A stretch of DNA of 30,539 nt from an uncultured Coriobacteriaceae bacterium (GTDB lineage Bacteria; Actinomycetota; Coriobacteriia; Coriobacteriales; Atopobiaceae). The notes below the pieces were generated by a model. It saw only the letters and a program-made list of their open reading frames with translations. It did no database searches and was not told the DNA's origin. The translations under genes were made by a program, and so were the position numbers. Of this stretch, positions 1 to 8,901 are shown one piece after another (the first letter of the stretch is position 1; each line of letters starts with the position of its first letter). Where the stretch lies: contig CAYWNN010000001.1 in assembly GCA_964459685.1 (NCBI GenBank), positions 1-30,539 of the forward strand, written 5' to 3'.

Positions 1-848
1 CCAATCTCTTGCGCTATGTCTACTTCGGAGCGACCACTACACATTGCTGCGGTGGTGAGCAATGCCGAGACTCCTGGGCGCCCAACAGGATCAAAGCTAA
101 TACGGCGCTCAGCATCGGTACGAGACTTTTTAATGAGCTTTGCTGTTTCTTCTGCAGTCATGCTCAGAGAAATTGCATTGCCGTAGCTCTTAGACATCTT
201 TCTACCATCAAGTCCTGGGAGCATTTCTTCATGAGAAAGCAGACCCTCTGGCTCATCGAATATTGGTGCATAGCGCTCGTTGAAGCGGCGTGCAATGGTT
301 CGGGTGATCTCAATATGAGGCAATTGGTCGCGGCCTACTGGCACCACATTGCCTTTGCAAAAGAGAATGTCGCATGCCTGATGGACGGGGTAGGTCAACA
401 GCAAGCCGGTAAGTGTGTGGCCTGATGCTTCTTGCTCGGATTTAACCGTGGGGTTTCGTTTCAGTTCAGATTCACTCACCAAGGAGAGAAAGGGAAGCAT
501 GAGTTGGTTGCACTCAGGAACAGCCGAGTGCACGTAAATCATGGTTTTGTTGGGGTCGATACCTGCGGCGAGATAATCGATAACCATATTGATAACGTTA
601 TCTTTGATGTTTTCGGTGGTATCTCGATCGGTAATGACTTGATAATCGGCAATCAATACGCTGGTAGACACACCCAGGTTTTGAAGTCGTACGCGCTCCT
701 GGAGTGTTCCAAAATAATGTCCAAGGTGCAGGCGCCCGGTTGGGCGATCTCCTGTGAGCATGCGATAGTTCTCTGGATGAATAGCTAAATCTTTTTGAAT
801 GGATTCACTTCTGCGAAGTGCTTCTGCAAAACTTCCCTCGTTTGGCAT
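1..848 (-). CDS. trpS: Tryptophanyl-tRNA synthetase (3' end beyond the window start)
   Basis: Manual minus-strand translation from ATG at 848 (SD AAAGGGAG): MPNEGSFAEALRRSESIQKDLAIHPENYRMLTGDRPTGRLHLGHY...YPVHQACDIL...VPVGRDQLPH...GLDGRKMSKSYGN. HIGH-type (HLGH) and KMSKS class I aaRS motifs with TrpRS-typical TGDRPTG. Open to the window edge, so absent from the ORF track. Confidence 0.96.
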   Translation of the reverse strand, partial: MPNEGSFAEALRRSESIQKDLAIHPENYRMLTGDRPTGRLHLGHYFGTLQERVRLQNLGVSTSVLIADYQVITDRDTTENIKDNVINMVIDYLAAGIDPNKTMIYVHSAVPECNQLMLPFLSLVSESELKRNPTVKSEQEASGHTLTGLLLTYPVHQACDILFCKGNVVPVGRDQLPHIEITRTIARRFNERYAPIFDEPEGLLSHEEMLPGLDGRKMSKSYGNAISLSMTAEETAKLIKKSRTDAERRISFDPVGRPGVSALLTTAAMCSGRSEVDIAQEI

Positions 849-915
849 AGATCTCCCTTTCAAAATTTATATCTGCATGCGTCCAGTTTAAAGCAATTAG
901 CTGCATATGGCGAAA

Positions 916-931
916 CCACAATATATTGTGT
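916..931. promoter_or_regulatory. NrdR box 1
   Basis: CCACAATATATTGTGT contains the perfect 14-bp palindrome CACAATATATTGTG (917-930), matches the NrdR consensus acaCwAtATaTwGtg, and lies upstream of nrdD. Confidence 0.88.
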
Positions 932-947
932 GTGCAATCAGAATTTA

Positions 948-963
948 ATAGAAAGTATTGTGG
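948..963. promoter_or_regulatory. NrdR box 2 (degenerate)
   Basis: ATAGAAAGTATTGTGG shares the right half-site TATTGTG with box 1 at a 32-bp offset, the usual tandem NrdR spacing. The left half is poor. Confidence 0.55.
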
Positions 964-970
964 TTTGTGC

Positions 971-998
971 TTGTAATTGCTTTTCAAGCTTCTATACT
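971..998 (+). promoter_or_regulatory. Candidate sigma70-type promoter for nrdDG
   Basis: TTGTAA-N16-TATACT, just downstream of NrdR box 2. Confidence 0.4.
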
Positions 999-1130
999 TA
1001 GGTCCTGACATTGCTCATATAAGCAAAGCCACGCGCACTGATACGCGCGCCTTACATATTCATCAATCAAGGCTGAAGTGCACAGCAGCATATGAAACGC
1101 AGCCTAAAGGTAGCGAAGAAAGGGAGCACT

Positions 1131-3353
1131 ATGAAGATCATTAAACGCAATGGCTCTGAGGTTCTTTTTGATATTTCTAAAATTCAGAACGCCATCGCCG
1201 CTGCGAATGAAGAAGTAGAACCAGGACAGCGCCTATCACAGCGCCAAATTGTATATGCCAGCGAAAACGTTGCCGATCGTTGTCGTGATGCCGGACATAC
1301 CGTCAGCGTTGAAGAAATTCAGGACATGGTCGAAGACGAAATCATGGCGCTTGGTCGCTTTGAGGTTGCACGCAAGTACATTATTTATCGCTACTTGCAG
1401 AGCTTGAAGCGCACGAAGAATACCACAGACGACAAGATTCTCACGCTCATCGAGTGCAATAACGAGGATGTTAAGCAGGAGAATTCCAATAAGAACCCCA
1501 TGGTTAACTCTGTGCAGCGCGATTATATGGCTGGGGAGGTCTCTAAGGATCTCACCATGCGCCTCCTGCTGCCTGAAGATGTCGTTCAAGCTCATAATGA
1601 GGGCATTATTCACTTCCACGATTCTGATTATTTTGCACAGCACATGCATAACTGTTGCTTGGTCAACCTGGAAGACATGCTGCAGAACGGTACCGTTATC
1701 TCTGGCACCATGATAGAGAAACCTCATAGCTTCTCTACGGCTTGCAACATTGCAACGCAAATTATTGCTCAGGTAGCAAGCTGCCAATATGGTGGACAGT
1801 CCATCTCCTTGGCACATTTGGCGCCCTTTGTTGATATCAGTCGTCAGCGCATTCGTCGCCAGGTAATCGACGAATTTAACCTTGTTGGTATTGAGCCTGA
1901 TGCCGAGAAGCTTGCCGAAGTAGTTGAAAATCGTGTGCGTGATGAGGTGCGCAAGGGCGTACAAACTATTCAGTATCAGGTTGTTACCCTTATGACCACA
2001 AATGGTCAGGCACCATTTGTAACAGTGTCAATGTATTTGGGTGAAGCTCGCTCAGAGCAGGAAAAGGCTGACTTGGCACTCATCATTGAAGAAACCTTGC
2101 GTCAGCGCTTTGAGGGCGTGAAGAACGAGCAGGGCGTATGGATTACACCGGCATTCCCCAAGCTCGTGTATGTCCTTGAGGAAGACAACGTTCGTGAAGG
2201 CTCACCGTACTTCTACCTCACGCAGCTTGCTGCGAAGTGCACGGCAAAACGCATGGTGCCCGACTATATTTCCGAGAAGAAGATGCGTGAGTACAAGCTA
2301 TCCAAGGGTGAAACGGAAGGCAATGGCGATTGCTATACCTGCATGGGATGTAGGTCCTTCTTAACGCCGGATCGCTCTGGTAACGGCTTTGACAATGTTG
2401 CTCGTGCAAAGAACTATGAGCCCGATACGCCTAAGTACTACGGTCGCTTTAACCAGGGCGTTGTTACCATCAACCTGCCAGACGTGGCCCTTTCATCCGA
2501 GAAAGACATGGATGCCTTCTGGCGTATTCTCGACGAGCGTCTTGATTTGTGTCACAAGGCTCTGCGCTGCCGTCATGAACGTCTCTTAGGCACCACATCC
2601 GATGCGGCTCCTATTCTCTGGCAGTACGGTGCATTGGCGCGTCTTGACAAGGGCGAGACCATCGACAAGCTGCTGTATGGAGGGTACTCCACCATTAGCA
2701 TGGGTTTTGCGGGTCTTTATGAGTGTGTTCGCTATATGACAGGTGCGAGCCACACCGATCCTTTGGGAACACCATTTGCTTTGGAGCTTATGCAGCACAT
2801 GAATGACAAGTGCAACGAGTGGAAGGCTGAAGAGGATATCGACTACTCCTTGTATGGCACACCGCTCGAGTCAACTACCTATAAATTTGCAAAGGCCCTG
2901 CAGCGTCGCTTTGGTATTGTCCCCGGCATTACCGACAAGGGATACATCACCAACAGCTATCACGTACATGTAACCGAAGAGATCGACGCCTTTACCAAGC
3001 TTGGCTTCGAAAGTCAGTTCCAGCGTCTGTCCCCTGGTGGCGCCATCTCCTACGTTGAGGTACCCGATATGCAGGATAACCTCGAAGCAGTTATACAGGT
3101 GATGCAGTACATCTACGAAAACATTATGTATGCCGAGCTCAACACGAAGAGCGACTACTGTCAGAAGTGTGGCTTCGACGGAGAGATTGCTATTGTGGAG
3201 GATGACGGCAAGCTGGTATGGGAGTGCCCGAGTTGCGGCAACCGTGATGAGTCTACGATGAATGTAGCTAGGCGTACCTGTGGCTATATCGGTACTCAGT
3301 TCTGGAACCAGGGTCGCACCGAAGAAATTCGAGATCGTGTGCTTCACCTCTAG
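1131..3353 (+). CDS. nrdD: Anaerobic (class III) ribonucleoside-triphosphate reductase with N-terminal ATP cone
   Basis: ATP-cone start MKIIKRNG, GGQS, MGCRSFL, glycyl-radical motif RRTCGYIG, Zn site CQKC...CPSC. Start moved from 1092 to ATG 1131, which follows SD AGGGAG. Confidence 0.97.
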   Translation: MKIIKRNGSEVLFDISKIQNAIAAANEEVEPGQRLSQRQIVYASENVADRCRDAGHTVSVEEIQDMVEDEIMALGRFEVARKYIIYRYLQSLKRTKNTTDDKILTLIECNNEDVKQENSNKNPMVNSVQRDYMAGEVSKDLTMRLLLPEDVVQAHNEGIIHFHDSDYFAQHMHNCCLVNLEDMLQNGTVISGTMIEKPHSFSTACNIATQIIAQVASCQYGGQSISLAHLAPFVDISRQRIRRQVIDEFNLVGIEPDAEKLAEVVENRVRDEVRKGVQTIQYQVVTLMTTNGQAPFVTVSMYLGEARSEQEKADLALIIEETLRQRFEGVKNEQGVWITPAFPKLVYVLEEDNVREGSPYFYLTQLAAKCTAKRMVPDYISEKKMREYKLSKGETEGNGDCYTCMGCRSFLTPDRSGNGFDNVARAKNYEPDTPKYYGRFNQGVVTINLPDVALSSEKDMDAFWRILDERLDLCHKALRCRHERLLGTTSDAAPILWQYGALARLDKGETIDKLLYGGYSTISMGFAGLYECVRYMTGASHTDPLGTPFALELMQHMNDKCNEWKAEEDIDYSLYGTPLESTTYKFAKALQRRFGIVPGITDKGYITNSYHVHVTEEIDAFTKLGFESQFQRLSPGGAISYVEVPDMQDNLEAVIQVMQYIYENIMYAELNTKSDYCQKCGFDGEIAIVEDDGKLVWECPSCGNRDESTMNVARRTCGYIGTQFWNQGRTEEIRDRVLHL

Positions 3354-3367
3354 TACCGCTCCTTGCT

Positions 3368-3919
3368 ATGAACTACGCAGAAATTAAGCGCTGTGACATT
3401 GCTAACGGTCCTGGAGTGCGCACCTCACTCTTTGTATCGGGTTGTAGACACCGCTGTCCCTTTTGTTTTAACGAAGTGGCATGGTCGTTTACTGCAGGCA
3501 AGCCCTTTAGCGACGCCACCATACAAGAATTGCTAGATAGTCTTGCGCCAAGCTATGTACGTGGCATAACGCTTCTTGGGGGGGAGCCCCTCGAGCCTGA
3601 AAACCAGCCAGACGTTCTCAAACTCATTCAGTCTGTTCGAAAGCAGTACACAGATAAGAACGTTTGGCTGTATACGGGCTTTACTTGGGAGGAGCTGCAC
3701 GATAGCTCATGTCGTGCCGCAACGGATGTACTCGACGAATTGTTGTCGCTGCTTGATGTTGTGGTGGACGGCCGCTTCGTTCAAGATCTCAAGGACATTA
3801 GCCTTCGATTTAGAGGTTCGTCTAATCAGAGGATTATTGACGTTGTGCAGAGTCGTGCAACAGGTGATATTGTCCTTTGGCAAGACGAAGAACAATATGC
3901 AACGCACCGTATGTTATAG
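3368..3919 (+). CDS. nrdG: Anaerobic ribonucleotide reductase activating protein (radical SAM)
   Basis: DIANGPGVRTSLFVSGC, CxxxCxxC (CRHRCPFC), LGGEP, VDGRF, FRGSSNQR; directly follows nrdD. Confidence 0.97.
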   Translation: MNYAEIKRCDIANGPGVRTSLFVSGCRHRCPFCFNEVAWSFTAGKPFSDATIQELLDSLAPSYVRGITLLGGEPLEPENQPDVLKLIQSVRKQYTDKNVWLYTGFTWEELHDSSCRAATDVLDELLSLLDVVVDGRFVQDLKDISLRFRGSSNQRIIDVVQSRATGDIVLWQDEEQYATHRML

Positions 3920-3924
3920 GTCTT

Positions 3925-3952
3925 GCATAGAGGCAGCAGCCGCTTCTTATGC
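3925..3952. terminator. Weak hairpin between convergent nrdG and DUF368 gene
   Basis: GCATAGAGGC (3925-3934) can pair with GCTTCTTATGC (3942-3952) with one bulge and one G:U. No good U tract on either strand. Confidence 0.3.
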
Positions 3953-4756
3953 CTTCTGAGAGATAGTTCCCATATAGAACGCAATACCAAAACCCAGCAC
4001 TACTAACACCACAGCGAGTGCTACCTCAAAGACACTGCCTGGCAGCATGAATATGCCCGCTTCATTACGAATGACGCTGGGAATTATGGAAAGAAAGAGC
4101 CCAAAGATGCAGGCAAAGGTTGCCGTGTAGAAGCGTGCTATGAGCACATGCATGAGGGCAGAAAAGAGCAAAAGACCAACGCCGAGGCCACAGGCTGCAG
4201 GAATAAGTACCGTGAAGTTAAGCGTAGCTAGAGCTTCCACCCACATAACATAGAGCCCTAGAGCGCTGAGGATGGCTGCAGAATCTACGCCAGGAATAAT
4301 GGCAGAGCCGGCATATGCAATCCCCATAAAGAAGGATTGAGCGATGTTTGGGTTGGTAACAGCTGCGGTGTTAATGCCAAAGTAGATCAGCACAACGCCC
4401 ACAATGAATGTCACGGCGCTCAGTATTCCATACGCAGTACCAAATCCCTTTTTTCGCACTTCGCTCCAAAACAAGGGGATGGTTCCAAGAATCAAACCTA
4501 AAAAGGCATAGCGCGTGGCAAATTCGAAATTGGTGAGAAGATAATCGACTATCTTGCTAAAGAGCAAAACACCGGTGACCACACCAAAGGCAAGAGGTAT
4601 AAGGAAGAGCAGGTTTTTGCGGAAGTTAGTGAAAAGTGTTCCTATGGCATCAATTACCTGCTGGTACAAACCAAAAATAACCAGAAGCACACTTCCGGAA
4701 AGACCAGGCGCAACGCCGCCAATTCCTACAAAGATTGCCTTGATAAAGTTGAGCAC
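3947..4756 (-). CDS. DUF368-family polytopic membrane protein (candidate undecaprenyl-phosphate translocase family)
   Basis: N-terminal GIGGVAPGLSGSVLLVIFGLY and second repeat SAIIPGVDSAAILSALGLY resemble the duplicated PGxSG motifs of DUF368. Many hydrophobic helices; GTG start with SD AAGGAAGG. Confidence 0.8.
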   Translation of the reverse strand: MLNFIKAIFVGIGGVAPGLSGSVLLVIFGLYQQVIDAIGTLFTNFRKNLLFLIPLAFGVVTGVLLFSKIVDYLLTNFEFATRYAFLGLILGTIPLFWSEVRKKGFGTAYGILSAVTFIVGVVLIYFGINTAAVTNPNIAQSFFMGIAYAGSAIIPGVDSAAILSALGLYVMWVEALATLNFTVLIPAACGLGVGLLLFSALMHVLIARFYTATFACIFGLFLSIIPSVIRNEAGIFMLPGSVFEVALAVVLVVLGFGIAFYMGTISQKA

Positions 4757-4770
4757 AACAGCTACCTTCC

Positions 4771-5238
4771 TTAAGAAATACCAAGATGAGCGGCAAGTTT
4801 TTGTATTGCAATACGATAGCCCTCGATACCTAAGCCCACGACGGTATCAATACAAGCCATACGTACATATGAGACCTGGCGAAAGTCCTCGCGTTCATCT
4901 AGTTGAGAAATATGGACTTCAACTGCAGGAATGTGAACTGCCTGAAGCGCATCAAGAAGTGCTATCGACGTATGGGTATATGCGCCGGGGTTAATAACGA
5001 TACCTGCAACCGATTTGTAGGCAGCCTGAATCTCATCGATGAGAGCTCCCTCATGGTTAGATTGATAGCAACGACAGCTCGTAAAACCACATTCATATGC
5101 GGCATCTTGGCACAGCTGCTCAAGTGAGCTGTAGTCCTGCGTGCCATACACGTCAGGCTCACGAATGCCCAACATATTGATATTGGGACCATTAATAACG
5201 AGGAGAGCTGTTGGTGCGTGCTCGTGTTGTTGTGTCAT
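4771..5238 (-). CDS. aroQ: Type II 3-dehydroquinate dehydratase
   Basis: Signature VINGPNINMLGIREPDVYG, QSNHEG, NPGAYTHTSIAL, EVHIS. Confidence 0.97.
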   Translation of the reverse strand: MTQQHEHAPTALLVINGPNINMLGIREPDVYGTQDYSSLEQLCQDAAYECGFTSCRCYQSNHEGALIDEIQAAYKSVAGIVINPGAYTHTSIALLDALQAVHIPAVEVHISQLDEREDFRQVSYVRMACIDTVVGLGIEGYRIAIQKLAAHLGIS

Positions 5239-5248
5239 CTATTGACTC

Positions 5249-6553
5249 CTAATAGCTTGCTGAGGCGTGCTCTTCTGTATACCCCAAACGAGAGCAAATA
5301 AGTGAGGCATCTTCAGATGCGGATCCTTGACAGGCTATGACAAGATCAGCCCAGGCTTTGTACTTCGGCATCCGCTCATGCGCGAGTACGTCAATACCCT
5401 TGCTTTGGGATAGAGGTCTTCCATGTGAAGAAAGTTCATCAAGTGCCCGGTCGATCATCACAATGGATGAGTTCTGATGGAGGAGTTCGTAATTGGCTTC
5501 TCGGCATACGACGCCGCCTCCACAGGCAATCACCAAACCAGATTTGCATCCATAGTGCCTTAAAAGGGATGTTTCTTGGTCTCTAAAGGCAGCCTCTCCA
5601 TATTCATGAATGTAGTGAGCAGGAGATACCCCGAGCTCAATGGTAAAGACATCGTCCATATCAACAAAGGGACGTCCCAGTTTACGGGCAATGCGTCTGC
5701 CCGTACTGGTTTTACCTGCTCCTGGCATGCCAATAAGACATATGTTGAGATGCGCTCGGTTAAGCTCCTTCTCAACCCGCTCAATGCAGGAATTATCTAA
5801 GCTGATACCTTGAAATAGCTCACTTGAACGTACTGCCTGGCTTACTAACATGGCAAGCCCACTTACCACTGGGATGTTACGCGCCTCTGCCTGCATACAA
5901 AGCTGCGTGCGATATGGGTTGTAGACAATATCAATAAGACCTGAAAGCTGTGGCATAGCATCAAAGGCCTCATCCTTAAGAGGGGATACACCACAGTTGG
6001 GATACATACCTACAGGCGTGGTATTAACGACAAGATAGGTATCTGCGCCCTCTGCCATGAGAAGCTCATAGTTATAAGGACCTTTACGAGAAACAATACG
6101 CGGCAGAGCTCCTACATCTTCTAAGGCAGCGTATATGGCATGGGATGCACCTCCCGAACCAAGAACTGCTACGGCTTTGTGATGCAGTACATCAGCCGCT
6201 GTGCCTTCGAGATGCTGTGTGCAAAAGCGATTGAGTAGATAGGAAAAGCCCGCAAGATCTGTGTTATCTGCATAGATAGATGCGTCATTTCTGCGCACCA
6301 GGGTGTTTACGGCACCTAAGCGCTTTGCAGCAGGGCTTAATTCGTCTGCGAACTCGATGACCGCCTGTTTGTAGGGGATGGTAACGTTGAGCCCAGACCA
6401 GCTTTTGTCGTTGAGGATAAAGCTGGAAAGCTCATGAGGTTCTAATTCATGCAAGAGGTACGGGATATCGCTCAGTTTGGCATGAATTTGGGGTGACCAG
6501 CTGTGTTCAAGCGGGTGCCCTATAAGGCCAAAGCTCGTGCATGCTGAGTTCAT
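5249..6553 (-). CDS. aroE/aroK: Shikimate dehydrogenase - shikimate kinase fusion
   Basis: N-terminal AroE motifs HSWSPQIH, NVTIPYK, GAVNT, NTD, GSGGAS, NTTPVGM, DIVYNP, GLAMLVSQA. C-terminal AroK P-loop GMPGAGKTS, DMD, FRDQE, CGGG. Start moved to ATG 6553 (SD AAAGG). Confidence 0.93.
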   Translation of the reverse strand: MNSACTSFGLIGHPLEHSWSPQIHAKLSDIPYLLHELEPHELSSFILNDKSWSGLNVTIPYKQAVIEFADELSPAAKRLGAVNTLVRRNDASIYADNTDLAGFSYLLNRFCTQHLEGTAADVLHHKAVAVLGSGGASHAIYAALEDVGALPRIVSRKGPYNYELLMAEGADTYLVVNTTPVGMYPNCGVSPLKDEAFDAMPQLSGLIDIVYNPYRTQLCMQAEARNIPVVSGLAMLVSQAVRSSELFQGISLDNSCIERVEKELNRAHLNICLIGMPGAGKTSTGRRIARKLGRPFVDMDDVFTIELGVSPAHYIHEYGEAAFRDQETSLLRHYGCKSGLVIACGGGVVCREANYELLHQNSSIVMIDRALDELSSHGRPLSQSKGIDVLAHERMPKYKAWADLVIACQGSASEDASLICSRLGYTEEHASASY

Positions 6554-6586
6554 ATAACAACCTTTCAGCAAATAAGACCGCCAGAG

Positions 6587-7732
6587 CTATATCACCTCGG
6601 TGTAGCTACCCAAGTAGCGGAACTGCTCGCATACATCTCCAAGCGACGTCAACAAGGATATAAATCTCGTAGAGTTGACAGGTGCTTCAAGATCGAAGAA
6701 GAACATGAACTCAAAATCACGGTCGGGTAAGGGGCGGCTTTCTAGTTTGCTCAAGTTTATATCGAGGGCATGAAAGCGGGTAAGCACTTGGCACAATGCG
6801 CCAGGATAGTGCGACACGACAATCATGAGCGAGGTTCTATTTGAGCCAGGATAGATTTCAAGCTCTTTTGACACGCATACAAAGCGCGTGTAGTTGTTGG
6901 CTTTATCTTGTACGTTTGATACTAAAGGAACAAGATCGTACAAATCTACACAGGAGCGACTCGAAAGTGCTGCCACATCGTTTCGACCGAGCTCAGCTAC
7001 CATTTTTGCAGCCATTGCCGTGTTATCACATACGTGAACGCGTACGTTTTTAAGGGTCGACAAAAATGTTTGTGACTGACTAATGGCTTGTTGGTGGCTA
7101 TAGATTTCGCGAACATCTTCAAGGCGCGTCCCTGGTAGGGCGAGCAAGTGATGGTCAATCTTAACGCGTACTGAACGCACAATATGGCAGTCGTACTGCA
7201 TCATAAGATCGTATATCTGGTTAACTGAGCCCGCTGTTGAGTTTTCAAGTGGAAGTACGCCATAGCGACAAAAACCCGCATCAATTGCTTGGAATACACC
7301 ATCAAAGGTGTCGAAATACGTGATAGAGGAGCAGCGAAAGAGCTTATCGGCAGCAATTTGAGAATATGCCCCTTCTACACCCTGACAGGCAATGTAAGCC
7401 TCTTCTGGAAAGAGCTCGTCAGTAGTATCAACTGCATGCTGAATCTGCGTTACCAAGGAGTTATCGGGGTCAAGAATTTGATGTTGGCGCGTGCGTGAAG
7501 CCGCCATTAAGAGCCTAACCAGCACAATGAAGCTGTCGCGTAGTTCAGGTTCAACTTGATGGGCAAGTTCATACAGCTTGGTACGCTCGCGCTCTCTATC
7601 GAGAACGGGAAGATGGGCTTTCTTTTTGATAGCAGCAACTTCCTCGGAGTAGGCCATACGCTGCTTGTAGAGCTCAACAAATTGCTTGTCGATAGCATCT
7701 ATCTGTTCGCGAATTTCTTGCAAGTCATTCAT
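6587..7732 (-). CDS. pheA: Bifunctional chorismate mutase / prephenate dehydratase with ACT domain (P-protein)
   Basis: AroQ-type CM domain (LQEIREQIDAIDKQ...RM), QGVEGAYS, PLENSTAGSV, NYTRF, ACT motif LSKLESRP. Start probably ATG 7732 after GGAG. Confidence 0.94.
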   Translation of the reverse strand: MNDLQEIREQIDAIDKQFVELYKQRMAYSEEVAAIKKKAHLPVLDRERERTKLYELAHQVEPELRDSFIVLVRLLMAASRTRQHQILDPDNSLVTQIQHAVDTTDELFPEEAYIACQGVEGAYSQIAADKLFRCSSITYFDTFDGVFQAIDAGFCRYGVLPLENSTAGSVNQIYDLMMQYDCHIVRSVRVKIDHHLLALPGTRLEDVREIYSHQQAISQSQTFLSTLKNVRVHVCDNTAMAAKMVAELGRNDVAALSSRSCVDLYDLVPLVSNVQDKANNYTRFVCVSKELEIYPGSNRTSLMIVVSHYPGALCQVLTRFHALDINLSKLESRPLPDRDFEFMFFFDLEAPVNSTRFISLLTSLGDVCEQFRYLGSYTEVI

Positions 7733-7777
7733 GTATAACTCCATAGGTATAGGTTGTAATGCTATTTAACACGGTGT

Positions 7778-8899
7778 TTAGTACGCATGAGCTGGATACG
7801 ACATAATCAAATCGAGCGCAGTAATTGCAGCCACCGCTTCAGCAACAGGAACCGCACGCGGTGCAATGCATGGATCATGTCGTCCTTTTACCAGTAGCTT
7901 TACAGGTTCCATTGTCTTGAGGTCAACCGAGTCTTGCTCTATGCCGATGCTTGAAGTTGGTTTCATTGCCAAGCGGAATACAATAGGTGCACCAGTTGTA
8001 ATGCCTCCTAGTGCCCCTCCTGCGTCGTTTTTTGCCACGCAAACTTCACCATTATGAACTTGGTAGGGGTCATTATGTTGAGAGCCACGCATGTGCGCTG
8101 CCTCAAAACCACGCCCAAATTCAATACCCTTCACCGCAGGTATGCCAAAAGCAGCGCGAGCAAATGCATTCTCTACGCCATCGAAATGAGGTGCGCCAAC
8201 ACCGCCTGGCATACCAACAACAACACATTCAACAATGCCGCCTACTGAGTCACCAACTGATTGTGCATCCGAAATTGCTTGCTGCATGGCTTTCCCGGCA
8301 TCTTCATCAAGCGTTGGGAACTGACGGCCATCGGATAGCGCGTCCAGCTGCTGGTATAGGTCTTCCAATTGCTCTTTTGGATTACCAAGCGCTGCAAAGG
8401 GAGTGTCTGAGATGCCTGCACACTCATAGAGGTGCGCACCAATTCGAACATTGGAGCGCTCAAGCACCTGCATACATATTGAGGCAGCAGCGCATAGAGG
8501 CGCGGTAAGCCGAGCAGAGAAATAGCCTCCACCAGCTATGTCATGAAAGCTGCCCCATTTAAGATGAGCAGGCCAATCGGCATGTCCAGGTCGAGGAATT
8601 CGAGCAAGCTCTTCGTAGTCGGCAGAGCGTATATTGGTATTTTCAACGAGGAGGGTGATAGGTGTTCCGCAGCTAACATTTCCTGCAGTAACACCGCTCA
8701 CAATACGTACCTCGTCTTCTTCATAACGCGGTGTTGACCATGGGTTGCGTCCAGGCGCTCTGCGCTGCATGAGAGTTCGCATGGCGTCAAGGTCAATGTG
8801 GATACCAGCAGGTAAGCCAGATATGGTGCAACCGACACACGGAGCATGAGATTGCCCGAACAGAGTAACTTGAACTGTTGTTCCTATGGTTGAAGGCAT
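7778..8899 (-). CDS. aroC: Chorismate synthase
   Basis: FGQSHA, RPGHAD, IPAVKGIEFG, GGALGGIT, KPTSSI, GRHDPC. Confidence 0.97.
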   Translation of the reverse strand: MPSTIGTTVQVTLFGQSHAPCVGCTISGLPAGIHIDLDAMRTLMQRRAPGRNPWSTPRYEEDEVRIVSGVTAGNVSCGTPITLLVENTNIRSADYEELARIPRPGHADWPAHLKWGSFHDIAGGGYFSARLTAPLCAAASICMQVLERSNVRIGAHLYECAGISDTPFAALGNPKEQLEDLYQQLDALSDGRQFPTLDEDAGKAMQQAISDAQSVGDSVGGIVECVVVGMPGGVGAPHFDGVENAFARAAFGIPAVKGIEFGRGFEAAHMRGSQHNDPYQVHNGEVCVAKNDAGGALGGITTGAPIVFRLAMKPTSSIGIEQDSVDLKTMEPVKLLVKGRHDPCIAPRAVPVAEAVAAITALDLIMSYPAHAY

Positions 8900-8901
8900 A
8901 T

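Noticed and set aside
9-788. Plus-strand ORFs of 138 aa and 118 aa
   Set aside because: Antisense shadows of trpS, which has clear family motifs on the minus strand.
849-1010. T-box riboswitch upstream of trpS
   Set aside because: No T-box antiterminator consensus (GGTGGNACCGCG) or terminator on the minus strand.
1236-1964. 242-aa antisense ORF within nrdD
   Set aside because: No recognisable motifs or SD; long antisense frames are expected opposite a strongly codon-biased gene.
2871-3365. 158-aa antisense ORF with a minus-strand AAGGAG upstream; the same bases mean nrdG has CTCCTT instead of an SD
   Set aside because: The protein has no recognisable features and AAGGAG is too far from the GTG. 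nrdG can be reinitiated 14 bp after the nrdD stop.
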